From the NCBI RefSeq assembly GCF_006345805.1, contig NC_043006.1, positions 30,876,001-30,940,000 on the forward strand: a DNA stretch of 64,000 nucleotides, read 5' to 3'. A program made the translations under genes and the position numbers. Positions 24,481 through 38,109 of the stretch are shown here, in pieces. This stretch comes from Octopus sinensis (lineage: Eukaryota). Below the pieces are notes generated by a model. It saw only the letters and a list, made by a program, of their open reading frames with translations, made no database searches and was not told the origin of the DNA. Each line of letters starts with the position of its first letter. Position 1 is the first letter of the stretch.

Positions 24481-26061
24481 ACACAAACTGCTCCCCCACC
24501 TCGTATTTGCTCCAAAGTTAGAGATCATCCTGTTGGAAAAGATATGAATGTCACTAACATATGAAGCTCTTCTTGTGAACTTGGGCTATGATATTGGAGA
24601 ATTCTGTGAAAATGGTAAAGGGTCCTTGAGGTGGAACATGACTTACACACTGGTTTCAAGTCAAAGCTTATCTTAGTTTGCTTCCCTTACTTGCAGTGGT
24701 CTCCCTCTCTCACTATTTATGCTTCTATCTATATAAAGAAACAGTAAGTATACATACATGTACACAACAGATACGAGAGACAGGATGAGTATGTAACCAG
24801 AGCTAATGTAACCACCCAACAAACAGGAGATGCTTTTAACATGAGCCAGCATTCCCACTGAAAGGAACTAGCTTGAAGAGTAGTGTGTGTGTGTGTGTAT
24901 GTGTGTAGGTAGGTAGATACGAAGAAGTGGTTGCAATTAACAAGTACATGATTGCTTGTTAGCCATGAAATTCTGTTAAAGCCTTCACAAAAAACATGAA
25001 TGAGTTTTGTGAGTCATGTGAGTGCAGGAATAGTTACGTAAACACAACCAGCTGCAAATGTGCACATAATGTGTTTGTGTGTGTATGTGTGTATTATGTA
25101 AATGTGCACATAACGTGTGTGTGTGTGTGATTATGTAAATGTGCACATAATGTGTGTGTGTGTGTTATGTGGTTCAACTGAAGAAATACTACTGAGAATC
25201 GTATTGAAGAAAGGACTAACCGTCTCCAAGACAGGATGGATATATTCCTGATATTTGTGTGCTTGCTTAATGTAGTTTAACCATGTAACCTTGTTATATA
25301 ATCCTGCTGCTAATTCTTATTTAGGTAACAGTTAGGTGTGTCTATATATATATATGTATATATAATAATAATATGGATTCTTGATAGAATCAGGTACTTA
25401 GAAGAATATGCACCAGGTAGGGTTGGATAAAGCTGTGGTCACCACCTGTGGTTGATTAAATATCCAGTAGGATATTCAGGTCGTGTACATACAGAAAACC
25501 ACCCCTATGAGTATCAAGTACCTAGGAGCTGGTCCAAAGTACACACCGTGTTGATCATATGTTGTTTGGTATACTCTGGGTGTCTGACGTGTCGTGAATC
25601 CCTATGACTGTAAAATGCATTTCACGGTCAGCTTCGGCTGGTTTCAAGCATGTTCCTACTGTGTTCTTGGAATCTCCTATTGTTTTGAAAGTACGTTTCA
25701 TTGATGATAATGGTTTTTTGGAGTGATATAATGTAATCATTCTTCTATTAAAAAATGCATAAAAAACAGTTGTAATGAGCTGACATTTACCTGTCATCTG
25801 TTATTATTCATTTGCTTATATATATGTGTGTGTGTGTGTGTATACAAATAAAATGTTTGTTTTTCTCTCCAGTTATAATAAAAACAATTTAACATTAACC
25901 TGGAAGATTATTTAATACTTTTTGTAGATTACAAATTTCTTCTTAAACAAGAAAAGTACTGACAGTGGTATCAAAGTTTCAGCCTAGTAAGGTATCATTG
26001 GACAGGCTTGGCAGATCAAAATGTTGAAGTCACTGTCAATACCATCCTTGTTAAAGAACAA

Positions 26062-26157
<96 letters not shown>

Positions 26158-26173
26158 GTTTATGTATGCATGC

Positions 26174-27204
26174 ACAGGCGTGGCTGTGTGGTAAGAGGTT
26201 TGCTTCCTAACCACATGGTTCCTAGTTTGGTCCCACTGTGTGGCACCTTGGGCTAGTGTCTTTTTCTATAGCCTTAGGCTGACCAAAGTCTTGAGATTGG
26301 ATTTGTTAGATGGAAACTGAAAGAAACCCATCATATGTGTGTTTGTGTCTTTGCTAATCCACCACTAACACTGGTGATACTGGTATCGGTTTGTTTACAT
26401 CCCCATAACTTAGCAGTTCAGCAAAAGAGATCAATAGAATAAGTGCCAAGCTTAAAAAAATCAAATACTAGGGTTGAATCATTCGACTAAAAATTCATTG
26501 AGGTTGTGCCCCAGCATAGCCGCAGTCTAACGACTGAAACAGGTAAGAGATAATGATAATGATATCCCTCATTCACTCTCACCATTTATCCATCATCTCT
26601 GCTCTTTGAAAGGTTGGTGCTACAATAAAATATACCCAGTTCCGTAAAGTGGTTAGCATTAAGGAAGAACAATCAACTGAAGAAACCAAGCTAAAAATAA
26701 AACTTATGAGCAACATGTCCCCCCCTCTCCATCTTAAAAGGCAGAAACGATCTGTTCAGCCCATACCAGCAATGGTGATGATATCCTTTGTCCATTATCT
26801 TCTACTAGTTTCAGCCATTGGATAGTGGCTATGCTGGGGCACCATCTTGAAGGGTTTTAGGTGGAAAATAGACCCCAATACTTATTTTTTAAAAGTCTGA
26901 TACTTATACTGTTTATCTCCTTTGCCAAACTTCTAAGTTATAGGGACATAGACAAGTTGACACTGATTGTCATGCTGTTGGGGGGTGGTGGTGGACAACA
27001 CAGACGCGTGCATGCGCACTTACACACACTCTCACTCACACACACACACGACAAACTTCCATACAGTTTCCATCTTCCAAATTCACTCATAAGGCCTTAG
27101 TTAGCCTGGGGCTATACATGAACACTCTCATGGTATAACTCAGTGGGACTGAACCTAAAACCATGTGGGTGCAAAGCAAGTTTCTGAACCACATCACCAT
27201 GCCT
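26174..27204. mobile_element. Convergent SINE family A pair (+ 26174-26551; - about 26797-27204)
   Basis: Similarity to the family A consensus seen in the window. Confidence 0.8.
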
Positions 27205-27477
27205 ATATAATCATGTGTGTGTGTGTATGTGTTTCAGATGGCCTGCTAATAAAATAATTCTTTCTTATTTCCATTTCACATTTTACTTTTCTTTCTTCTA
27301 TTCTTTCTAACCCCAGTAAATTGACATTTAAACATGTGGTAGTGGTGGTGGGGGGTTATTTCATAAACTGTTACTTTCAATAATAATGTTCTATGCTTGC
27401 AGACTTTTTAACTATGTGTGGTACCTGTTGAATGTGGTGGAACAACCACGCTTTCAACATTAAATCTTGCTTTCTCA

Positions 27478-27998
27478 GGATGTGGCAGTGTTGTAAGAAG
27501 CTTGCTTCCCAACCATATAGTTCTGGGTTCAGTCCCACTGCGTGGCACCTTGAGCAAGTGTCTTCTACTATAGCCTCGGGCTGACCAAAGCCTTGTAAGT
27601 GGATTTTGGTAGATGAAAACTGAAAGAAGCCCATCATATATATATATTTGTCCTTCCACTATCGCTTGACAACCGATGCTGGTGTGTTTACGTCCCTGTA
27701 ACTTAGCGGTTCAGCAAAAGAGGCCAATAGAATAGGTACCAGGCTTACAAAGAATAAGTCCTGGGATTGATTTGTTAGACTGAAACAAGTAAAAGAATAT
27801 ATACATATTCTTTTATTTGTTTCAGTCATTTGACTGCGGCCATACTGGAGCACCACCTTTAATTGAACAAATCAACCCTAGGACTTATTCTTTGTAAGCT
27901 TAGTACTTATTCTATTGATCTCTTTTGCTGAACCACTAAGTTATGGGGACATAAACACCAGCATTGCTTGTCAAATGAAAGTGTGTTGGGAGACACAG

Positions 27999-28032
<34 letters not shown>

Positions 28033-28178
28033 GACAGGCTTCTTTCAGTTTCCATCTTCCAAATCCACTCACATGGCTTTGGTCTGCCCGAGGCTATAGT
28101 TGGAGACACTTACCCAAGATGCCATGCAGTGGGACTGAACCCAGAACCATGTGGTTGGTAAGCAGGCTACTTACCCCA
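27478..28178. mobile_element. Tail-to-tail inverted SINE family A pair (+ 27478-27797; - 27810-28178)
   Basis: Two near-full copies in opposite orientation separated by only about 12 nt. Confidence 0.9.
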
Positions 28179-29023
28179 TAGATAGATTGACAGATAGTAG
28201 AAAATGAATTGAATGACCTTTTTTATTTACAATATCTCTACAATAATTTTCATACATTTTTACACTTGTATTGCATTGGTGAAATGATTTAATTAACATA
28301 TTGTGTAATCACTATAATTATCGTTATAATCCATCAAAGGTGTAAGATGCAGTTCTTCTGGTGATTGTTTTAAATAAGACGTTCGGTGGAGCATATTGTC
28401 ATTTCACTTAGTGTGAGAATGAACATCCAAAGCAAGTGTGCTATTTTCAACAATTTGCAGATACAAATGTGTGCACATGCACACATGTGCACACACATGC
28501 ACAGACATGCACATACATGCACACACATGCACACTCATAATTTTATGTTCATTTTCCATGCTAGAATGGATTGGTTGTATTGTCACAGTCCAAGTCAATT
28601 CTGATTTGAAATTCCTGCTCTTATATGTGGCTCAGAAGACATAGGAAATGCTTGCACATTTAATATTTGACCTGTCTTTAACAACTAAATATTCTTCCTG
28701 TCACCAGCCACTGTACAAAGTGTACAGGCTATATTTTATATTTGCACCAGCACTAGGCAGGTTGCTCTGTCTTTGGCGAGACCAAATACTTTAACTGACT
28801 CCATGTCATAGCTACCGCCTTACACAGTGTAGTAAATAATTTAATTTTGGCATAAGGACTAGTGAGTGATGTTGCCTACTGTGTGATGGGTTTGATGGAC
28901 CTGGAATGTGAAGAACCAGGTTGAGTGTGTGTGATGGAGAAAAAATATGATGGATGGAACCAAGTGATTTGTTTTGAAGGTGTTAAAGGGAAAGAGAGAG
29001 AGTCCTTTTCATGAATATATATA

Positions 29024-29087
<64 letters not shown>

Positions 29088-29099
29088 TATATATAATCT

Positions 29100-29348
29100 C
29101 ACCTTGGGCAAGTGTCTTCTTCTGTAGCCCTTATGTGTGTGTGTTGTTCCCCCTCTTCCACTGCTGACAACCGGTGTTGGTTAGTTTACGTCTTCATAAC
29201 TTAGTGGTTCATCAAAAGTGACTGGTTTAAATAAGAACCTATTTAAAGAAAAAAAAAGTATTGGGGGTGAATTGTTCAACTAGGAATTCCACAGGTTGGT
29301 GCCCTAGCATGGTTGCAGTCCAATGACTGAAACAAATAAAAGATAAAA
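29100..29348 (+). mobile_element. SINE family A, head-truncated, next to a long (TA)n
   Basis: accttgggcaagtgtcttc ... gactgaaacaaataaaaga. Confidence 0.8.
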
Positions 29349-30193
29349 GATTGTGTGTGTGTGTGTCTTTTAGGGATGTCTTTGATATTGTATAAACTGC
29401 TAAGTGGCATGCCAAGTTTTTTATGGGTTGGTTTCTCTCATTCAGTCCAAGTAGAAAGAAAGAAAAACACAAACTAACAAAACATTTGGTTGTATTGAGG
29501 TGAAAGAGGAAGTGTGGTAGATTATCAGAGGGTTAGATGAATAAATATTTGGGAAATTGGGGGATAAGAGTTAGTGGGTTTGTGAGACAGGCAGTAGTGA
29601 GTAGATAATTGAATATTGAGAGGAATGATGGAGGTGGTGGTGGTGAGAATGTGAATGACAGGGGAAGAGAAGAAAGGACACAGTGCTATAACAGAAGGTG
29701 GGGGAAGAGAAGTTGTGTTGAAATGAGAGAGAGAGAGATTTGTGTTGTGGAAACTGAAATTAGTTGAAAGGAAAAAAATGTATCCACAGAGTAGAAAAGA
29801 GTAAGTAATGGAGTGTATGCGAGTGAGAAGAATGAAAGAGAGTGAGTGGAGGTAAAAAGAATAAATGAAAGAAAACAAAACAACCAAACCTGAAGAATTA
29901 CAGAAAGGGGGCTGAAATATTTAAACCCCATCAATTTTGATGGGCACTACTCTAGTGTGTGTGTGTGTGTGTGTAGTGAGTGTGAAAGAAATCCAACACA
30001 CTTAGTATGTGTATATAGAAATCTTTTGCATGTGTACATAGAAATCTAAACCGATTCAGTTCTTTCTTAGCTTCCCTTCTCTCTCACCCCTGTCCTCCAT
30101 TTTTCCTCCTCTATCCATTGCTACCAATGCCGGTTTTCAATATTTTTCCTTGGTAAACATTCATGAGGAATTTGTGTCATTTTTCACTTATAA

Positions 30194-30235
<42 letters not shown>

Positions 30236-30732
30236 TAATATGTATTTCTGTGACTGAAAATATTGAAGTAGGTTTGTGTAACTGTTTGTATTTCTGAGTG
30301 AGTGTGGAAGTGTATATATGTATATTATTACATCCACAACATTCCTCTTGTTTTATTTTTACACTTCTGTGTGTGTGTGTGTGTGTACAAATTTGAGCCA
30401 GATGAGATTGTCCCCCCCCCCCTCCTGTGTCTAGCAACATTGGATTGTGTGACTGGGTTGCTTTGAAAATATTTGTTGTGTTGATTTAGTTTGATTTTTC
30501 ACAGGAGTAAATACCCAAACGGCCCCTTCAAATTCTTCCTCTCACTCCGCTAACAATAACTCCATTGGATATCATCTGGCTTTTCTTTACTTCTAATTTT
30601 CTTTCAAAGAAATTCTTGCTTAAGAAATTTTGTTTGCAGATTTTTATTTATTTATTTATTTATTCATTCTTAAATTTGTTTCCTTCTTTGAGAAGAGCCA
30701 TTTTGAAATGAGATTTTGAGAATTTGCCTTGC

Positions 30733-31152
30733 AAGCATGGCTGTGTGGTAAGAAATTTGCTTCCCAAGCATGTGGCTTTGAGTTCAGTCCCACTGCTATT
30801 TCAGGCAAAGGCCTTCTACCATAGCCTTCGGCTACCTAAAGCTTTGCAAATGGATTTGGTAGATGGAAACTGAAAGAAATCCATTGTGTTTGTGTGTGTA
30901 CACATGGACACACATAAACACACGTGTGTGTGTGTGTGCGTGTGTGTTCTTTCCTTGTCTTGACTTTGCATGGTAGTTGTAAATGAGTATCACTGTTATG
31001 CAAGCGGTGTCGTTTGTTTCCAATCTTCTGTGGAAACATGTCTGACCAAGGAGAAATATTATCTTACTTGGTAACAGGTGAGGATTGGCAACAGAAAAAG
31101 CCTCCAGCTGTAGAAAACCCGTCTGAATGAATCCTGTCTGACCCATGCAAAA
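30733..31152 (+). mobile_element. Chimeric SINE: family A head with a different body ending in a family C (RTE)-like tail
   Basis: Head matches family A to gaaactgaaagaa; the 3' part has ttggcaacagaaaaagcctccagctgtagaaaa ... acccatgcaa. Confidence 0.6.
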
Positions 31153-31274
31153 CCTTGAAGCTAGTGTGTCAACGATATGTGGGGGTTCCATAATCACTGC
31201 TGTTTGGTTGTTTGCATTTAAGATGCTGCTAGGTATGTAGTCTTTTAGGTATTGGTATTGGTTTATCTGCTCAA

Positions 31275-31685
31275 GGTGATGAGCTAGCAGAATCGTTAGC
31301 AAAGTGCTTAGTAGCATTTCATCCATCTTTGCATTGTGAGTTGCAATTCTGACAAGGTTGACTTGGCCTTTCATCCTTTTAAATTAAATTAAATACCAGT
31401 TGAGCACTGGGGTCAATGTAATTGATTTACCCTCTCTCCCAGTGTTGCTGGCCTTGTGCCAAAATTTGAAACCATTATTATTATTGTTGAAGGTAGTGAG
31501 CTGGCAGAATCATTAGCACACTAGATGAAATGCTTAGCTGTATTTCACCTGTTGCTACATTCTGAGTTCAAATTCCGCTGAGGTCAACATTGCCTATCGT
31601 CCTTTCAAGAGCCAATAAATTATCAGTTGAGAACTTGATTTACCCCCCTCCCCAAAATTGCTGGCCTTGCGCCAAAATTTGAAAC
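31275..31685 (+). mobile_element. Tandem SINE family B dimer
   Basis: Two head-to-tail copies joined by (ATT)n. Confidence 0.85.
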
Positions 31686-31879
31686 AAATATTAGTTTCTT
31701 ACATTTGAAAAAGATCTTTAAGGTGTTTCTGACACTGTGCGAAACTGCAGAATAGTGGATCTAATATAGTTGTGGAGTTAGGGCATTCACTTGTCAATCG
31801 TGGGATCCTGGACTTGATGCCTTGGGCTGACCATTACCTTGAGAAAGGAACTTGGTTGAAAATGTGTGGAATACCATTT

Positions 31880-31927
<48 letters not shown>

Positions 31928-32940
31928 CATCTTTGAAGATGAATACTGTACACCATTTCTATGAATCAGGGATCGATCCATTAGAGACTAATAATGGCTT
32001 TGTATACAAACAACAATATATAAAATAAGTATATAAGAAAATGCCTGTGATGGACTTGAACTCATGGTCTTTGACTTCTTGGTGGTCTATTATCCTATTC
32101 ACTCTGCTATTTTATTTATTCAGAGTCTGCTTTCCAAATTGATACAACTTAAAAAGGATTAGTTTCCCATGCTAGATGCTGTACTATCAGTCATTAGTCA
32201 TGTTGTTCCAGTCGTTATTTGCTCCAGCTTGGCTTCTTGCTTTATCTATTGACATGTTTATTCTTTTGGTGTTTTATTTATTGATTATCTGTTATAGAAT
32301 TGCTTTGACCCAGTTTTCATTCCCAGTTGAAACTGAATCAGGTTTCAAATACCCCTGGGGAAAGGCCTGGATAGCAGTGTTAAGTATACAGCTACTATTG
32401 GACTTGATGTTCCCTTCGATTGGTTGTTGATGTGGAATCTGTGTAAAGCAAATTTGAGTTTTGTAATAGGGTCAGATGTAGAAGCAATAAAATCTTTTCA
32501 CTACAGCCATATTGAATATATAAAAGAATTGATCTAAGCCAGGAATCTAAGCAAGCTGATTGTTGCTAGGAGCATCCATCCTCTTCATGATGTAACTTGG
32601 GTCACTGTTCAGTCTTGAACCCTTTACTGTTTTTTTCTTTCTTTTTTTCAGTTATATTTACAATTTCCCATTTTCCCCTTTCCGTGAATTTGAGATTTTA
32701 TGCTTCTGTAAGAAAAATAAGTCATTAGAGAGAGAAAAGAAAAAAGAGGAAATGATTGTTAGAAAATTGAAAATTCCAGTAACAATAATATGCGTCACCT
32801 TTCGAAATGGAGTTTGTTAAAAATAATGTAAAAGTTGTTTGATTGAATTCTGATCTTGGACCCTTGATCTCAGAAGATAATAGGATTTCTCTGATGTTTC
32901 AATAAAACATTAAGTAAATAACATTAAATAGATACAGAAA

Positions 32941-33105
32941 TAGGTGCAGGTGGGGCTGTGTGTTGAGAATTTTGCTTTTCAACCCCATGGTTCTGGGTTT
33001 AGTTCCACTGCGTGGAACCTTGGACAGGTGTTTTCTTCTATAGCCTCAGGTTGATCAAAGCTTTGTGAGTGGATTTGGTAGATGGAAACTGAAAGAAGCC
33101 CATCA
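32941..33105 (+). mobile_element. SINE family A head
   Basis: Family A head up to gaaagaagcccatc. Confidence 0.8.
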
Positions 33106-33107
33106 TA

Positions 33108-33700
33108 TACAAGGTCTGATCAATAAGTATCCAGACTGTTGCTATAGTAACGAAGCTAAAGCATGCAGAGTGAAGCCACCTGGTACAGATTGACCTTGAA
33201 CTCTGCTGTGCATGCACACTGAGTTTTAATGTTCTAGCTCACTTCTGCTATTTACAGCAGTGCCTGGAAGGAATGTGTGTAGCGTGTGATCAATGCATTG
33301 ACCATGACAGAGAAAGTTGTCATGGTGATACCTGCTCAGAAGCCTATGCAAAGTTGCAGAAAGTGTATGGAGAGGAATGTATGATCCACACAAGTGTACC
33401 ATTGGTTCAGAAATTACCAAGATGGCCAAAAAATGTCAATATGATGAATGTTTTAGAAGACCTACAACCAGCAGAACTGAGAAAAATATAACAGATGTGT
33501 GTGCAGCTGTGAGGCGAAATCATTGAATCACCATCCATGAGTTATCAGAGGATGTGCAGATTGGTTACAGTTCCGTTCAGTCCATTATCACTGAAGATTT
33601 GGGTACGAGACGCGTGTCTGCCAAGTTTGTTCCAAAACTGCTTTCAGCTGACCAAAATGACACTTGAGTTTCAGTTGCACAAGATCTCCTTGATTGTGTC
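33108..33700 (+). mobile_element. Mariner transposon relic: left TIR plus N-terminal transposase pseudogene
   Basis: Starts TA-CAAGGTCTGATCAATAAGTATCCAGACT; peptides GDTCSEAYAKLQKVYGEECM, RPTTSRTEKNI, ITIHELSEDVQIGYSSVQSIITEDLGTRRVSAKFVPKLL (WVPHEL-equivalent motif). Confidence 0.9.
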
Positions 33701-33704
33701 AAGG

Positions 33705-33957
33705 TCTATTGGTATCTTTTGTTGAATCGCTAAGTTACCAGTTATCAAGTAGTGGTGGGGGGACAAACACGTTGACAAAGACAAACACATGTTATATATA
33801 CAATGGGCTTCATTTAGTTTCCATCTACCAAATCCTCTCAGAAGGCTTTGATTGGCCTAACACTATGGTAGAAGACACTTGTCCAAGGTGTCAAGCATTA
33901 GGTCTGAACCTGGAACCATGTGGTTGGGAAGCAAACTTCTTACCACACAGCTATGCC
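33705..33957 (-). mobile_element. SINE family A
   Basis: Reverse copy ending in ccacacagctatgcc. Confidence 0.8.
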
Positions 33958-34004
33958 TAATATTTGGTATTTCTGTTATTTCTTTAATGTCTCTAATACT
34001 CTTC

Positions 34005-34305
34005 AATCATCATCACTTAACATCTATTTTCCATGCTGGCATGGGTTGGACGGTTTGACTGAAAACTGGTAAGCTGGACCAAGTTGCAATCTGATTTGGT
34101 GTGGTTTCTACAGCTGGATGCCCTTCCTAATGCCAACCACGCCGAGAGTGTAGTGGGTGTTTTTTATGTGCCGCCAGCACAGGTGCCATTGACCTGACAT
34201 TGGCATTGGCCATGGCTATGGTCTCGCTTGGCTTGACATGTCTACACAGCACAGTATATTGCCAAAGGTCTCGGTCACCTGTCACTGCCTGCATGAGGCC
34301 CAACT
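34005..34305 (-). mobile_element. RTE-type LINE 3' end (family C)
   Basis: Encodes ELGLMQAVTGDRDLWQYTVL, then the shared UTR and GAT tail. Confidence 0.8.
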
Positions 34306-34337
34306 CTTTGGTATTCCCAACAATAATATCAGGTGTA

Positions 34338-34552
34338 AGGCAGTGAGCTGACAGAATCACTGCCATGTTTGGTAAAATTGCTCATCGGCATTTCTTCTGA
34401 CTTTACATTCTGAGTTCAAGTGCCAATGAGATTCACTTTGCATTTCATCCTTTCAGGGTCAATAAAGTAAGTCCTATTTGAATATTGGGGGTCAATGTCA
34501 TTGACCTACCCATGTCCCTGAAATTACTGGCCTTGTGCCAAAATTTGAAACC
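34338..34552 (+). mobile_element. SINE family B
   Basis: ggcagtgagctgacagaatc ... ggccttgtgccaaaatttgaaacc. Confidence 0.8.
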
Positions 34553-34584
34553 AATATCTGTGGTGAGTGTAATGAAATAGTGAT

Positions 34585-34624
<40 letters not shown>

Positions 34625-34778
34625 CACCACCACCACCACCACTACTACTACTAAATGTTTTCCCATCACTCTACAAACTTTGTACTCCAATAACATCTTC
34701 TCGTCTCCTTCATCTATTATGGATGAATCATCATCGTTGGCTTTTCATTTGTTTAGACTTCTCTGCTGACATGTTTAA

Positions 34779-35005
34779 CCCATTAAGTCTCAGAGTACTT
34801 AAATTTCTGAATATTACTTTTAAATTTTTACAAATGATTGAAAATAGGTTAGAGTTAGGGTAAAAAATTATTATTAAAATTCCTTTACTTCAAGTAGAAA
34901 TGGAAATACTCAATGTCCTATAAATAGGACATTGAGACAATGTGATATAGCTTATTTAATGTTTTCGTTTAGTGTCCTATTTATAGGATAGTGGGACTTA
35001 ATGGG
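34779..35005. mobile_element. piggyBac-type MITE, 227 bp
   Basis: TTAA at 34775-34778 and 35006-35009; TIR CCCATTAAGTC...GACTTAATGGG; internal palindrome TGTCCTATAAATAGGACA repeated subterminally. Confidence 0.85.
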
Positions 35006-35479
35006 TTAATGGGTTCCTATTATTTCCTGTGTCTTCACTAATCCCATTATACATTGTTGAACCTCTTAATGGCCCTTAATTATATGATACTAATCATAGA
35101 TTATTTATATTTTATTTAACATATATAAACTACAATGTGAATGATCTGCCAAGGTAACCTGTGTGTAGTCATTAGGCTACCCAGAGGTTGCCTTGTTGAA
35201 ATAGCAGGCTCAAAATCACATCCTTAATGTCTTAAATATAGAAAGGATAGATATCCCTTGGAAGACAGGATGGCCACGACTGGAATGCCTTGTCATTTGT
35301 TTACTTGACCAGGGTTGACAAGTGGGGTTGGTGGAATTACAACTACTACTACTTGGAGGTAAAATCCTGCAAGTCTCACCTCTAATTATTGATCTGCTGC
35401 CCATTGAACTTAACAACTGCACAAAGTCTAAACCAATGAAAATATTCTCTTCATATTGCTGCTGTTGTTGTTGTTAAGC

Positions 35480-36560
35480 AACAAGACGGGGGCTCTTTGT
35501 TGATGCCTGACACCACTGGGAGGTGGCCGTCGAAGTTGCTGGAAATGGAGATCTCCAGGTCCAAATTCTTGAACGGTTGCTGCTGCCAATCAGCCTCTTG
35601 AAATCTGTCCTTCCAAACTGTGCTGCTTTTATGTTATTGGTGTAACAGATAAGCAGTTGAAACATTTTAGGAATGAGGTTGGATGGCCATGTCTTTGCCA
35701 TTGTTTTTCGGAGTATTTTCTTGGTATTACAAAGTCTTTGAGGTTTGACAGACCCCAAAACAAAGTACCTTTGCATGTAACAAGATTCTACTCCCCCTAT
35801 CTTTGGCAGAACTCTTGTTCAAAGCTGCTTAACTTATGCATTAATTCTTTCGGTTGCTTGTCTTTTTTCATTTTCTCTTTTATTTTATAAGTTACACTTT
35901 TTCAGTTAAAATCAGTTTGTGAAGCAGTGGCTTTTGAAGAGTCAAGTCTATTCATGAAAACATATAGCACAGCCTCAGTGGTTTAATTTTTAAATATAGC
36001 CTAATGGTGATATCTCATCTAATATTTTAGAACACTTCTCAAGTACCAGATATTACTTATGTTTGTCTTGAAATCATGCTATTGACTCCATCTTGACTCT
36101 GGAGATTATATGGTATAACAATCAAGGCATGCTGTGTCGTCCTCTCATCTATTCTACTCTTTAATAATTGAACACTCTGGTAGTAACTACAATGGAATTT
36201 CTATATAATTACTTGATTGATAAGATGTAGTGGCCAACGTCAGAGTTTCTGTTGCCATTGTGATGTTAAGAGAAGTTTTAAGTAATTCTTCAAGTTATAT
36301 TCCATGCAGCTTTAACAATGGAAGGGAATCACAAGAGGAAAGCTTGATCAGTAAACTAACAAAGGAATTACTAAGTAGCCATTTCATTGACTTGGCAATC
36401 AAAGTAATTTCAAATAGCTCCTTATTGTCCCTTAAAAGAGATTCTTAAGAGATATTAGTCACAGTTATAACACCAATTAAATAATAAACTTGCTCCAAAC
36501 TGTTGATGTTGCTGTCTAAACTAAACTGTTAATTGGTTTAAATGTTCAAAGTTGCAATAC
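35480..36560 (-). mobile_element. Highly degenerate BEL/Pao-like gag relic
   Basis: Broken minus-strand reading SNINSLEQVYYL..DNKELFEITL..SFVSLLIKL followed by Cys-rich pieces (ESCYM, KCFNCLSV), reminiscent of DUF1759 plus zinc knuckles; many stops. Confidence 0.35.
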
Positions 36561-36750
36561 AATGGCCTCTGCTAAGACCAAGTAATACAGAAGTAGGTAA
36601 TAATCTAATACATTAACTACATATTAACAGATTATCATGCCTCATGGCCAGGTTTTGTTTCCTTTGAAAGTTTGTAAATTTTTGATGCACATTTTCTCTT
36701 AATAAGCCTAACCTTTCCATATATCTGTTGTTTGTTCTGTCACGATTATG

Positions 36751-36800
<50 letters not shown>

Positions 36801-37566
36801 GGTATATTTTATATATAATCTGGGGATTAATAATGTCTGTCTGACAATGGCCTTCATTTCTGTCACAAATGGTGAAATAATTTCCTCTCCTTAGCTCCCC
36901 TGCTCTATCTAATAAAGCAATCATCATTACAGATTATTATATTTATGGCCTAGTTTTCTTTCTTTTAGACTGAATAGACAACAATTCTGTGCTGTACAAT
37001 GACAGTGCGCATGCGTGCACACACACACACATTCTGTATTCAGTTGAAATACTGTGGTTAGGGAAAAAAAGATTGGGGAAATAAGATTGCATAATTATGA
37101 TAGTATCCTTTTACACTACAATCAGATCCATTTATTTTTGTTTGGTCATCCTCATTGGCCTTATTTCATTGCGTATGCCTCCTATTCAGACTTGCTGTCT
37201 ACAAGTTAAGAATCACTCTACAGCTAGGCTTTCCTGGGATAAACACAGCTTGGTGCCTTGTTAATCTTGTAAGTTTGGATTATCATACACTTGTTTTCTA
37301 ACATTTTTGAGTTATAAAAAGAATTACTAATCAACTGCTATCCTTTTGGCTATTAAAGTTTTAATTATGGTGGCTGGGAAACCCTAACTGATTCTCTGCC
37401 ATTGAATCTACCAGTTGACAGTTTTCTAACCTCCTAGCTGGGTGAGAAGAGTAAGCTTTTTTTTTTATAATGTCAGTCATTTCAATATTAAAACAGAGTT
37501 TTGATTACAAAATCACTGCATTCATTAGTTCAGCTTTAAAAAAAAAATTTATTAATTAATTTGAGA

Positions 37567-37602
<36 letters not shown>

Positions 37603-38109
37603 TGATCTGTGGACTTTTAAAATCTTTCTGAGTAAGAAGTAAAGATAACTGGTTCCAGTGTGATTCTTAGCTAGATTGCAATTTTAGGGAAAATGTTGGG
37701 TGGAAAACATGAGGAAGGAGTGAGTTGTAGAGTTACAGATGTGACGAGGAAGGCTCAAGTATATCTTGAGGAGGAGATGGGGGTTTAAGGTATGGAGTTT
37801 TTATTGTTGTTCAGCTCCAGCTCGGTCCTGATACTGAGCAGACTAGTTATGATCAAAGGGGTTCTAGTCATCTTGATAATCCTGTCTTTGATTCAGTTCT
37901 ACTGTCTCTAAGAGAAATAGCTTGTTCCTTTTTCAGACAGTTAGGTCTGATTTGAGGGAGATTACACTACTATTTTTCACAAAGGACGAAAGGGTTCTTT
38001 CTGTGCCATAATGTACAATATTGAGTGGATTTAATTAGTAACAATAGAGGGCTACATTTTCAAAGAAGCAGAGGTCATTATAGGAAAGATGGAAGATAGA
38101 TATATGTAT

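Noticed and set aside
30832-31374. 180-aa minus-strand ORF
   Set aside because: Reads through antisense SINE and microsatellite sequence; no domain.
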